Source of the DNA: Bradymonadia bacterium
Lineage (GTDB): Bacteria; Myxococcota_A; Bradymonadia; UBA7976; UBA1532
NCBI GenBank assembly: GCA_046290225.1
Contig: JBKAGE010000038.1
Location: 1-64,000 of the forward strand
Direction: 5' to 3'
Length of the DNA stretch: 64,000 nucleotides
Shown: piece after piece, positions 19,582 through 31,262 of the stretch
Numbering within the stretch: position 1 is the first letter of the stretch
How the letters are laid out: each line of letters starts with the position of its first letter
Translations under genes and position numbers: made by a program
Notes under the pieces: model-generated
Database searches by the model: none
Seen by the model: only the letters and a program-made list of their open reading frames with translations
Told to the model about the DNA's origin: nothing

Positions 19582-21234
19582 TCAGAATGGTGCGACAGAC
19601 ACCAATGACAGTATGTGACCCTCTCGAGGGTGCTCGAAGCTGATCTGCTCTGCATGTAGATACAGCCGCTCGGCAGCGGATCCATAGATCCGGTCACCCA
19701 TGATGGGGGCATCGAGCCCTCGAGGGTGTGCGGCGTGTACCCGCAGCTGATGTGTCCGTCCGGTGATCGGGCTCATCTCGACACGTGTCTCTTCGCCCCC
19801 CCGCTCGAGCACTCGCCATTCTGTAATGGCCACTTTGCCCTGAGGGTGCACCTTCTGCCGTGGTCGATCGTGCACATCAGGGCCCAGGGGCAGCTCGATT
19901 CGACCACGCTCACCCTTGACCACGCCGGCCAGCCGGGCACAGTAGGTCTTGCTCACCCGCCGGCGGGCGAAGGCCTGCTGCAGGTTGCGCAATGTTTCGA
20001 GATCTTTCGCCGCCACAAGGAGGCCAGAGGTGTCGAGATCGAGGCGGTGGGCCACGGCGAGGGCGGGGTGCATCTGCTGCAGCCGATGCTGGACCGAGTC
20101 GAGCAGCTTGGGGCTCCGCCCAGGTACAGAGAGCAGCCCCGAGGGCTTGCTCACCACGACGAGCCATTGGTCCTCGTAGATGATCTCCAGCGGCGCCTCT
20201 GGCGGGATCTCACCGGGCAGTGGCGCGACTTCCGTGCTCACCCCCTCGAGCATGAAGGGCAACAACGGGCCGCACTTCCCAGCACACGCAGGCGCATACT
20301 GCTCGGGGCGACGTCCGCCCCCCCGTGGGGGGCTGCCCCACCAGAACTCTGCCATGGCCAGGGGCGTCAGCCCGAGCCGATGGGCGGCCCCCAGCAGCTT
20401 GGGGCCAGCGCAGTCTCCCGAGCCTGCAGGAGGCTGCCCCGGATAGAGATCAACCAGGGGGATCTCTTCACCCCGTGCGTTGAGCACCGTGTGGGCATCG
20501 TGAATCTGTAGCTGCAATCCCTGTGAGCGCCGCTCCCGGTGCTCGACGAGCTGCTGTCGGGCCTCCACTACTTGACGACGGGCCTCGGCGACGGCCTCCT
20601 CTGCGGCTTTGAGCTGCGCCTTTACCTGCTTCTTGAGGGCTTTGGCCTCTCGGCTCTCCTGATCCAGCTCGGCGAGGGCTGCAGTCTGCACCTCTACAGG
20701 CAGAGTGGCCCTGATGTGGGCTCGACGGGCTGCCCGGGCGGCCTTCTGTGCAGAGAGCTTCTCGGTGATCGCGGCCCATTGAGCGCCGTGCCGCGCCCGC
20801 ATCTCGGACTGCTGTGTCTCGAGCTCCACCCAGACAGGCAGATGATCGAAGGCGTCGATTTGCGCAGTGAGGGCGGCGAGCTCACGCTGGCCTCCCTGCC
20901 AGAACGCGTCGAGTGTGTGAGGCTCGAAGAGGGGCGGCACACACCCATCCACCACCCACGTCCCGCCCCACATGCCCGAGAACCCTTGGAGCCAGCCCAC
21001 CCTCCCCGAGGTGTCAGCTACGACGAGTACCCCGAACATCTTGCCTCCACCTTCTGCCCACAACGCCTCCCGCCCCTGCACGCTGCCCAGGGCGCCAGAT
21101 CTCAGCCGACGAAGCATGATCTCCGCCGCCCTCTGAGCCAGAGGGTGAGGCGGCACGACAAAGGGGCTGGGAAAGCACTCAGGCAGCTCAGCGGGTGACG
21201 GCTGAGGCTCGAAGGGCTGAAAGAGATCGGACAC
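19582..21234 (-). CDS. RluA-family pseudouridine synthase with N-terminal deaminase-like domain and long helical linker (TrcP-like)
   Basis: C-terminal KPSGLLSVPG, HRLDLDTSGL, TGRTHQLRVH. N-terminal GKMFGVLVV, a coiled coil, GSGDCAGPKLL, MAEFWWG, PACAGKC. Start approximate (GTG 21234). Confidence 0.88.
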   Translation of the reverse strand: MSDLFQPFEPQPSPAELPECFPSPFVVPPHPLAQRAAEIMLRRLRSGALGSVQGREALWAEGGGKMFGVLVVADTSGRVGWLQGFSGMWGGTWVVDGCVPPLFEPHTLDAFWQGGQRELAALTAQIDAFDHLPVWVELETQQSEMRARHGAQWAAITEKLSAQKAARAARRAHIRATLPVEVQTAALAELDQESREAKALKKQVKAQLKAAEEAVAEARRQVVEARQQLVEHRERRSQGLQLQIHDAHTVLNARGEEIPLVDLYPGQPPAGSGDCAGPKLLGAAHRLGLTPLAMAEFWWGSPPRGGGRRPEQYAPACAGKCGPLLPFMLEGVSTEVAPLPGEIPPEAPLEIIYEDQWLVVVSKPSGLLSVPGRSPKLLDSVQHRLQQMHPALAVAHRLDLDTSGLLVAAKDLETLRNLQQAFARRRVSKTYCARLAGVVKGERGRIELPLGPDVHDRPRQKVHPQGKVAITEWRVLERGGEETRVEMSPITGRTHQLRVHAAHPRGLDAPIMGDRIYGSAAERLYLHAEQISFEHPREGHILSLVSVAPF

Positions 21235-21271
21235 GGGGAGATTGGACAGCAGCCTGCCTCGATCCTTGACC

Positions 21272-23569
<2,298 letters not shown>

Positions 23570-23616
23570 TTAGCAGGCCTGGAGGGTTCAGAGAATCTGA
23601 AAATGACCTGTGGTGG

Positions 23617-25470
23617 TCAGCCCGCGAGGATCTTCTCGATGGCCAGCCCCACACCCACGAGGCTTTCTCCAGCGATCACGCCGGCGGCGATCACGATGAG
23701 GAAGCGTTTCGTCCAGGTGGGGGCCACCTTGCCGAGCACCAGGGCGATGAGACCACCGATGAACATCGAGATGGAGTTCCAGCCGGGGATCACGAAGGCC
23801 AGGCCGATGGCCGCGGGGCTGGGCACGAACTTGCGCTGAGCTGCGGGGAGCACCTTCTCGAGGATCGCCAGCACCACACCGACACCACCGGCGATGGCCA
23901 GCGCCATGATGCTGCCTTCAGGCATGGCGTCGAGGCCTTGCATCATCAGCTCAGCCACGGCCTTCCAGGCCGCCACGGCGGGGGCGGGCCACTCGTCGGT
24001 GAGCAGCATGCTCTGGGGATCGGGCACCAGGATCAGGTAGGCAGCGGCACCGGCGAGGGAGCCTGCGAGCACGCCGAAGATCTGCGCCAGGGCCTGGAAC
24101 CGCGGGGAAGCCCCGATGATGAGGCCAGTCTTCATGTCGTGGAGCATGTCGGCGCACTGGCTGGAGGCGCCGCCGGTGACGTTCGCCGCCATCAAGTTCG
24201 CCGCAGCGTTCCCAGGGGAGATGACCCCGAACATCAGCTGGGTCACCTTGCCCATGGCCCCCACGGGGGTCACTCCGGTTTCACCGGCCACACGGCCGGC
24301 GACGATGGCCAGCAAAAAGGTGAGGAACACCCCGACGATGGCCGTCCACCAGATGATGTCGAAGAGCGTGATCTGCGTCATCGTGGCGAGAATCAGTGCA
24401 GCGATGATGCCCCGGATGAACCACTTGCGGGGCACATCGTGGGTCTCCGCTTCTTCCTTGCTGCCACCGCCGCTGCCCGTACCGCCCTTGATGGCCGCCA
24501 CCACGGACTTCCAGGAGAAGGCGAAGCTGGTGAGGGAGGCGGTGACCATCATGGCCACCCCAGGCCACAGCAACCACTTCACGGCAGAGCCGTACCAGGG
24601 CTTCGTGGGATCAGTAACGTCGAAGCCGTCTTTGAAGACGATCCAGCCCATGTCGAGCACATAGGGGGCCACCACGCCCCAGGCCACCACGGCGCCGATG
24701 AGCATCGACAGGCCCGCGCGGAACCCGATGAGGGCCCCGACCCCGATGAGCAGACCCGAAGGATCCCAGGCGAAGGTGAGGTTCTTGAGGCTGTAGCCGG
24801 AGATGGCCTGGCCAGCGAGGGTGCCTTTGGCGCTGATGAAGGTGGCGCCGCCGAGCAAGGCGCCCTTGCCCAGCAGCCAGACCTTCTTGATCAGCACCTT
24901 CAACAGACCGGCGACGACCGCCGCGGAGACGAGGGCCATGACACGGGCCAGGGCCTCGGAGCCCTTGGCGTACATCTCTTTGAGGGTGACCGCCGTGGCG
25001 ATGCCGTTGGGGAACGGGAGCTTGTCGACGAGCAACATCTGCCGACGCAAGCCCGTGGCCACCACGACACCCACAAGGGAGACTGAGAACACCCACAAAG
25101 TCAGAAAGCCCCAGGACAGCTCCTGACCGGTGATCATGGTGAGGGCAGGGATCGGCGCCACCAGGCCCGCGGAGGAGATCGACGCCGCAGAGCTCGCCGC
25201 CGTCTGGTTGATGTTCGATTCCAGGACGCCCCAATGGGGGGTGCCGGCGGCCTTGTGCATGCCCTGCCAGAAGGCATAGCCCAGCAAGGCCGCGGTGATC
25301 GACATGTTGAAGCCCCAGCCGATCTTCAACCCTGCGTAGATGTTGCACAACGACAGCACGGCGCCGAGGAACATCCCGGTGAAGATGGCACGAATGGTGA
25401 GCTGGGGAGAGACCAGATCAAGGGGGGCAAACTGCTCTGAGGTGGCGGAGCTCTGGGGCCCGTTCATCAC
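23617..25470 (-). CDS. OPT/YSL family oligopeptide or metal-chelate transporter
   Basis: QLTIRA...NIYAGLKIGW, ESNINQTAAS, LPFPNGIATA, DMKTGLIIGASP, PAPAVAAW, GVIAGESL. Many transmembrane segments. Confidence 0.92.
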   Translation of the reverse strand: MMNGPQSSATSEQFAPLDLVSPQLTIRAIFTGMFLGAVLSLCNIYAGLKIGWGFNMSITAALLGYAFWQGMHKAAGTPHWGVLESNINQTAASSAASISSAGLVAPIPALTMITGQELSWGFLTLWVFSVSLVGVVVATGLRRQMLLVDKLPFPNGIATAVTLKEMYAKGSEALARVMALVSAAVVAGLLKVLIKKVWLLGKGALLGGATFISAKGTLAGQAISGYSLKNLTFAWDPSGLLIGVGALIGFRAGLSMLIGAVVAWGVVAPYVLDMGWIVFKDGFDVTDPTKPWYGSAVKWLLWPGVAMMVTASLTSFAFSWKSVVAAIKGGTGSGGGSKEEAETHDVPRKWFIRGIIAALILATMTQITLFDIIWWTAIVGVFLTFLLAIVAGRVAGETGVTPVGAMGKVTQLMFGVISPGNAAANLMAANVTGGASSQCADMLHDMKTGLIIGASPRFQALAQIFGVLAGSLAGAAAYLILVPDPQSMLLTDEWPAPAVAAWKAVAELMMQGLDAMPEGSIMALAIAGGVGVVLAILEKVLPAAQRKFVPSPAAIGLAFVIPGWNSISMFIGGLIALVLGKVAPTWTKRFLIVIAAGVIAGESLVGVGLAIEKILAG

Positions 25471-25522
25471 GCCTCCATGTCATTTGGGGGTCAGACATGT
25501 AAGCGTAATCCGTCGCCGCGGT

Positions 25523-26065
25523 CTACGAGGTTGTGCGCGAGGGCTGCACCCAGATGAGGGGCGTGGCGCCGAGTGCGAGCCCCAATGTGACCCCAGCGAC
25601 ACCACCAAGACCGATGCATGTGCATCCTGTGGCCCCCATGGCCAGGACGATGAACCCGCCGGTGAGCCACCCGGTCCACCGCCCACCGATCTTGATCATG
25701 CGTCGGGCGAGCACCAGGCCGGCCACGAGCCCTCCGACGCCGCAGAGGGGCGCACACAGCGAGTAGCAACCATCGCCAGTGCACATATGGCCGATGTGTG
25801 ATGCACAGTGCGCACCTACGAGGGGAAAGATGGCGCACATGACCCCGGGCATGACCCCAGCGGCGAGCTCCCCACCCCGCCAGAGCGCCCCCCATGCAGC
25901 GAGCCATGTCACCCCCACAGCCCACAAGGCGGTGTCGACGACGGGGGCTGCCCACACGGCGAGCGCGAGCACGGGCCAGAGCAACATCGACGCCCAGAGG
26001 GCATCTACAGCGCGGCCACGTTCGAACCTCGACCTTGCCCGGTGCTTCAACGCCTCATTGTCCAT
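25523..26065 (-). CDS. Cys/His-rich membrane protein, putative anti-sigma factor
   Basis: Overlaps the ECF stop by 11 nt. Several hydrophobic segments. HCASHIGHMCTGDGCYSLCAPLC and GCTC motifs. Confidence 0.75.
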   Translation of the reverse strand: MDNEALKHRARSRFERGRAVDALWASMLLWPVLALAVWAAPVVDTALWAVGVTWLAAWGALWRGGELAAGVMPGVMCAIFPLVGAHCASHIGHMCTGDGCYSLCAPLCGVGGLVAGLVLARRMIKIGGRWTGWLTGGFIVLAMGATGCTCIGLGGVAGVTLGLALGATPLIWVQPSRTTS

Positions 26066-26603
26066 TGAGCATCCTCCAGGCATGGCGCAGGCGCTCGAAG
26101 GCCCGCTGCCTGCGTTTGCGCGTGGTGGCCGGCGACACACCGGCCTCTCGTGGCGGCTGCCCTTCGAGGGCCGCGCGAATCAGATGCTGATCTGAGGCCG
26201 GGAGGCCATCGAGCACATCGGCGGCCCGTTGCTCGAGCTCAGCCCACATAACGTGGGCCTCTGGATCGGCCTGCGGGTCGGCGGCCTCTTCGACCTCGCT
26301 CGATGTGGCGTCGACGAGACGGGCACTGGCCCGTTGCCGGGCCTTGCGGATCGTCCTCACCTCATAGCTCGCGATGGTGAGCACCCAGGTCATGGCGCTG
26401 CGCTCCGGGTCATAGCGGGATGCCTGGGCGAAGATCTTCTCCAGCGCGATTTGGGCGGCATCTTCTCCGTCGGCGTGGTGACCGAGGCTGGCTCGGCACC
26501 ACGCCTGTACGACAGGCCATGCCAGGGCGAAGACCTCGTCGAAGGCCGCTCTGTCACCACACTGCAGACGGGCCATGGCCACGTCGAGGCCTGCCTTTGA
26601 CAT
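26055..26603 (-). CDS. ECF RNA polymerase sigma factor
   Basis: GDRAAFDEVF, DGEDAAQ, YDPERSAMTWVLTIA (sigma2), and LDGLP...ATTRKRRQRAFERLR (short sigma4). Confidence 0.88.
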   Translation of the reverse strand: MSKAGLDVAMARLQCGDRAAFDEVFALAWPVVQAWCRASLGHHADGEDAAQIALEKIFAQASRYDPERSAMTWVLTIASYEVRTIRKARQRASARLVDATSSEVEEAADPQADPEAHVMWAELEQRAADVLDGLPASDQHLIRAALEGQPPREAGVSPATTRKRRQRAFERLRHAWRMLNGQ

Positions 26604-26639
26604 GTGTCTCCCGGAGTCCGATTCGGAGGGGCTCCAGCC

Positions 26640-26867
26640 TCACTTCGAAGGCGTGGGCTTCTTGTCGCCTTCTTCAGTCTTCTTGTGCTCTTCGCACTGG
26701 CAGGCCTCTTCGCTCTGATCGCACGTGCAGCCATTCTCGGCGCAGTTGTTCTTTTCACACACAGAGCAACCACATCCGCATGTCTCCCCCTCTCCACCCG
26801 GACAAGCCAGCGCGGAGTTGGCACCGAGGAGGGTAAAGGCGAAAAAAGCGGTCTTCAAAAACATCAT
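26640..26867 (-). CDS. Small exported Cys-rich (metallothionein-like) protein
   Basis: RBS aggag, signal peptide ending in ALA, mature part with 10 Cys (CGCGCSVC, CAENGCTC, CQC). Confidence 0.75.
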   Translation of the reverse strand: MMFLKTAFFAFTLLGANSALACPGGEGETCGCGCSVCEKNNCAENGCTCDQSEEACQCEEHKKTEEGDKKPTPSK

Positions 26868-27088
26868 GCTCGTTCTCCTGGCCGGCGGCAGCGCGCTCGA
26901 CCCTTTGCTGAGTGAGGGTCGTGGGCATCACCCACACCTTGTCTAGGCCTCAGTCGAGGTCCCGTGACGGCGTCGGGTGAAAAAAGTGCCTGCGGCCTCT
27001 CGAGCAGGTTCGATGCACCGGCGATCGTGGACCCCTCCCCGCTTCCGGTGGTATCACCGGAGACTCAACTGACCTCTTCGAGGGTTTC

Positions 27089-28447
27089 ATGAACATCTGC
27101 GAGTTTCTCAGCGGGATCCCGCCCTTCTCCGACATCGAGAGCGACGCCCTCACCGTGTTGTCGGTGTGCGCCCGAATTCAGGTGTTCCAGCCCGACGAGC
27201 AGATCATCTATGCCGGAGAGTACGGCGACGCGCTCTATGTCATCTTCGAAGGTGAGGTGCAGGTCTGTATCTCTGAGCGCGAAGGGGCACGACACGTGGC
27301 CTGGCTGGGCCCTCGGGAGATGTTCGGGGAGATGGCCCTCATCACCGGTGATGTTCGGCAGGCCGACGTCTTTGCCTCCACCGAGACCATCTGCGTGGTC
27401 ATCGACAAAGATCCGCTCTACGAGCTGCTCCGGGAAGACAGCTCCGTGGCCATGTTCCTCACCGAGCTGGTGGGACAGAGGCTGGTGAGCGGCCACCAGA
27501 TCACCCAAGTGGGCAAGTATCAGGTGCTGCACGAGCTCGGTCGCGGTGGCATGGCCATCGTGTATGCCGGCTACCACCCTCAGCTGCGGCGCTCCGTGGC
27601 CATCAAGATGCTCAAGCACGCCTATGTGTTCGATCACGAGTTCGCCGAACAGTTCGCCGCTGAGGCTTCGGTGGTGGCCCGCCTTGAGCACAGCAACATC
27701 GTCGAGGTGTACGATCACGAGGTGGCCTACGGCACCCAGTTCATCGTCATGGAGATGGTGAACGGCCTCACCCTCACCGAGCGCATGGCCGCTGATCCGC
27801 AAATGGACGAGGGGGTGGTCCGGCGCATCATCGTGCAGCTCGCCGACGCCCTGCACTACGCCCATGAAGCAGGCATCGTGCACCGCGACGTGAAGCCCGA
27901 CAACGTGATGCTGGTCCCCGGGGAACCCTTGAGGCTCATGGACTTCGGCATCGCCCATCGTCCCGCCGACGGCGACGCCACGGTGGTGGGTACTCCAGCG
28001 TACATGGCCCCGGAGCAAGGTGAGAGAGGCCCCCAGGACGGCCGCGTCGACATCTATGCCCTCGGGGTCATCGCCTTCGAGATGCTCACCGATACCCTGC
28101 CGGTGGTGGGCGAAGACGATCTCGACACCATCGCCCGGAAAGCCACTGATCCGATCCCCGACGTGCGCACATTGCGGCCGAACATCTCGGACCAGATGAT
28201 CAGCTTCATCGAGAAGGCTTGCCAGGCTGATCCTGAGGCGCGCTTCCAGAGCGCTCTGGAGATCAAGCGGCATTTTGGGGTCGGTGAGCCCCTGGTTCGT
28301 CCTGGGGTCAGGGCCCGTACGGTGACTCTGCTTTACCCCAGCGCCGAAGAGGGCGCGGTCCGCAACGCCATCGACCAGCTCTCTGCCACCCTCGCCGAGC
28401 GCGACGTACTCATCAGCGCGGCGCGGCACACCCAACTCACCCAGTAA
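27089..28447 (+). CDS. cNMP-binding-domain Ser/Thr protein kinase
   Basis: GEYGDALYVIFEGEV and FGEMAL...RQADV (cNMP domain). LGRGGMAIVY, VAIKML, HRDVKPDN, DFG, GTPAYMAPE (kinase). Confidence 0.93.
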   Translation: MNICEFLSGIPPFSDIESDALTVLSVCARIQVFQPDEQIIYAGEYGDALYVIFEGEVQVCISEREGARHVAWLGPREMFGEMALITGDVRQADVFASTETICVVIDKDPLYELLREDSSVAMFLTELVGQRLVSGHQITQVGKYQVLHELGRGGMAIVYAGYHPQLRRSVAIKMLKHAYVFDHEFAEQFAAEASVVARLEHSNIVEVYDHEVAYGTQFIVMEMVNGLTLTERMAADPQMDEGVVRRIIVQLADALHYAHEAGIVHRDVKPDNVMLVPGEPLRLMDFGIAHRPADGDATVVGTPAYMAPEQGERGPQDGRVDIYALGVIAFEMLTDTLPVVGEDDLDTIARKATDPIPDVRTLRPNISDQMISFIEKACQADPEARFQSALEIKRHFGVGEPLVRPGVRARTVTLLYPSAEEGAVRNAIDQLSATLAERDVLISAARHTQLTQ

Positions 28448-28501
28448 GGCTCACCTGGTGGTCATCATCACAGATGAGAAGCTGCCATTGACGACGATCC
28501 C

Positions 28502-28891
28502 ATGGAGTCACCCATGTCGGACTTGAAGCTCCGAGCCAGCAGTCCTGAAGATGCCGCCTCCGAGACGCAGGCGCCGGACCCCAAGGCCCCCCTGCTCACC
28601 TTATTGGCCTCCATCACCCCGGAGCAGCGCGCGCTGGTCATCTCCGCCCTGCCTGCCCAACGGCGCTGGACGTGGGGAGATCCGGCGATCACGACGCATG
28701 GTGTGCAGATCGCTGGCCTTGACATCGAGTGGTTCTCGGAGAGCCCCAACCCCCACGGCACTCAGGGGTTCGGCACCCAGAGCTGGGCCAGCTTCATCCA
28801 AGACGGGCAACAGATCGGCCCCAAGCCCCCTGCGGAGATCGCTGAAGCCCTCGACGCCGCTTTACTCACCGCACTCTCTGCGGCGCTCTGA
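28502..28891 (+). CDS. Hypothetical protein
   Basis: Fills the gap between genes with plausible codon usage. Start could be 28514. No recognised motif. Confidence 0.6.
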   Translation: MESPMSDLKLRASSPEDAASETQAPDPKAPLLTLLASITPEQRALVISALPAQRRWTWGDPAITTHGVQIAGLDIEWFSESPNPHGTQGFGTQSWASFIQDGQQIGPKPPAEIAEALDAALLTALSAAL

Positions 28892-28920
28892 GCCTCACCG
28901 CCACCCTCGCGACGTGCTCA

Positions 28921-31260
28921 TCAGCGTGGCATGTGCACAGGCTCTGCGAACCAACGGCTCCGCACTGCGCCGTTCCCCAACTGGCCATAGGTGTTGTCCT
29001 CACCCCAACAAATCGCCTCGCCGTCGGTGAGCCTCACTCCACAGGTGAAGCCCCACCCTCGGCTCACGGTGCTCAGGTCGACGGTGGTGAGCAGGTGAGA
29101 GGGCCGTGGTCGGGTTGGATCAACGCCGTTCTCTGGTAGACCGCCCCAGAGCCATGTCTCCCCCGCTGCGGTCTGGGCCACAGTGTAGTTGCGCCAGAGC
29201 TTCAGTGCGGTGAAGGCCGGAGCCTCGAGGACCGGAGCAACACGCTCTCTGGCCTCACGGGTGCCATCACCGAGCTGCCCACTCTCGTTCCCACCCCAGC
29301 AAAACGCCCGGCCGTCTGCCTGCAGACCACAGGCATGGCCCTCGCCGACGCTCACAGCTGCGAACTGACGTCGATCTCCATAGGCGATGATGTCGTCTTG
29401 TGATCCGGTGAGACGCCCACACCAAAGCTGCTCCTCGGGGCTGGAGGTACACAGCCATCCGCTGGCGCTGGCATCGACCTGGGTCACCTCTGTGGGCCAA
29501 CGGCCTTCGTGCCATCGTCGATCGTCGCCATAGACCAGCAGCGTGCTGCCCGCCACGGCGAGATATTGATGATCGACGTCGCTGGCGAGGTAGCTGTCGA
29601 TGTCGCTCACCCGATCCTGGACCACCTGACGAGGTGCTGAGGCCGCCCGTGCGGGGAACGCCCCCCAACACCAGAGAGCCTCATCCGCCAGCAAGGCACA
29701 CGTGCTCCAACGACCGGCGCTCACCTGAACCGCGGGCTCGGGGAGCTCCACCCGAGCGGGGATGGTGCCGGGGCCTGGGGCGGGATCGAAGCTGTCGTCG
29801 CGGAATTGTCCCGTCTGGCCAGAGGAGTTGATGCCCCAGCAGTACACGTCGCCTTGATCGGTGACGCCACAGCCGTGGTTCTCGCCGGCGGCGAGATCGA
29901 TGTAGGTACGACCGCCTTCGATGGGCATGGCCTCATCTTCGCTCAGCGGGCTGGGCCAGCTGTCGTCGCCGAGCTGACCCCGCTGGTTGTTCCCCCAACA
30001 GTGTACGCCCCCTTCCTCGTCGAGCACGCAGGCGAACAGGCGGCCTACGGCAACACGCTCGTTGTTCGGTGCGAGACGGCCCACGGGATCGTAGTCGTCG
30101 TTGCGCTCCACGCGGTCCGGGGGAAGCCCCAGGCGGCCGTCGGTGTTGTCCCCGACGCACACCACCTCTTGCTCGCCAACGGTGACGACACAGAGGCCGC
30201 CATATGGGCTGAGATCATAATCGTAGAAGGCTTGCCGTAAAAAAGCGCCGTGGCCGAGCCGTCCGCCACAGTCCAGCTGCCACGCCCGCGGCTCGCCTGT
30301 ACGCGTACACGTAATGCTGCCGACGAACTCGAAGCGCGTCTGGGCTGTGAAGGTGTCCACGTACTGCGGGGTCTCGAAGCTTTCCTCGCTGTTGCCGGGG
30401 TAGCGGCCGTCATTGACCCCCCAACAGTACGCGTCGCCTTCTTCGGTGAGCCCACAGGCATGCCGCTCCCCAGCGGCGACGTGCACGAACAACACCTGGG
30501 CATCCACCTGTCGGGCGCCATCGCGATTCACGCCTCGGCCCGTGCCCAAGCGACCGTCGCGGTTGCTGCCCCAGCACCAGATCTCGCCGCCCTCTGTACG
30601 GGCGCAGGTGAAGGCATCGCCGGCCACAAGCTCCACCACAGGCGGAAGCCCTTCCACAGGGGCAGGCTCGGCGCCTTCGTCATGGCCCACATAATCAGGG
30701 TTGCCCCAACACCAGACCGCCCCCTCGGCGGTGAGGCCGCAGGAGTGTTCTACGGCGAGCACCAAAGTCGTGACGGGCTCACCCACGGGCACGGAGACGG
30801 GCACCCCATATCCACGCTTCTCGGGATTGAGCGGACCGGACTGACCTTCGCCATTGTCGCCCCAGCACCACACCCCACCGGCCTCGTCGAGGGCGCAGAT
30901 GTGATTGCGGCCTGCTTCAAGATCGACCCAGCGTGCTGCGGGTGGCATGAGGCCGCCGGCACCGCCAACGCCCCCGGGCTCACCACCGACGCCGCCTTCA
31001 CCTCCTGCACCGCCTGCAGCTCCAGCGCCACCTTCGCCACCAGCTCCACCTGCCATTGCACCAGCACCGCCTTCGCCGCCGGCACCTCCGGGCTCACCGC
31101 CCTCACCACCTGCCCCAGCCTCTCCATGGGCACCGGCACCACCGGCCCCCGCCTCACCGTTCATCCCGCCATCCGCGTCGGCGCCGCCATCATCGTCACA
31201 GCCCCAGCCACCCCAGAGCGAAAGGCTCAGGCACATCATCAATCGCTTCACATGCATCAT
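28921..31260 (-). CDS. RCC1/BLIP-II repeat lipoprotein with Gly-rich linker
   Basis: Lipobox GWG-C, GGAGGEGG linker, many AG..H.C......G.V.CWG.N..GQLG repeats. Confidence 0.92.
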   Translation of the reverse strand: MMHVKRLMMCLSLSLWGGWGCDDDGGADADGGMNGEAGAGGAGAHGEAGAGGEGGEPGGAGGEGGAGAMAGGAGGEGGAGAAGGAGGEGGVGGEPGGVGGAGGLMPPAARWVDLEAGRNHICALDEAGGVWCWGDNGEGQSGPLNPEKRGYGVPVSVPVGEPVTTLVLAVEHSCGLTAEGAVWCWGNPDYVGHDEGAEPAPVEGLPPVVELVAGDAFTCARTEGGEIWCWGSNRDGRLGTGRGVNRDGARQVDAQVLFVHVAAGERHACGLTEEGDAYCWGVNDGRYPGNSEESFETPQYVDTFTAQTRFEFVGSITCTRTGEPRAWQLDCGGRLGHGAFLRQAFYDYDLSPYGGLCVVTVGEQEVVCVGDNTDGRLGLPPDRVERNDDYDPVGRLAPNNERVAVGRLFACVLDEEGGVHCWGNNQRGQLGDDSWPSPLSEDEAMPIEGGRTYIDLAAGENHGCGVTDQGDVYCWGINSSGQTGQFRDDSFDPAPGPGTIPARVELPEPAVQVSAGRWSTCALLADEALWCWGAFPARAASAPRQVVQDRVSDIDSYLASDVDHQYLAVAGSTLLVYGDDRRWHEGRWPTEVTQVDASASGWLCTSSPEEQLWCGRLTGSQDDIIAYGDRRQFAAVSVGEGHACGLQADGRAFCWGGNESGQLGDGTREARERVAPVLEAPAFTALKLWRNYTVAQTAAGETWLWGGLPENGVDPTRPRPSHLLTTVDLSTVSRGWGFTCGVRLTDGEAICWGEDNTYGQLGNGAVRSRWFAEPVHMPR

Positions 31261-31262
31261 GG

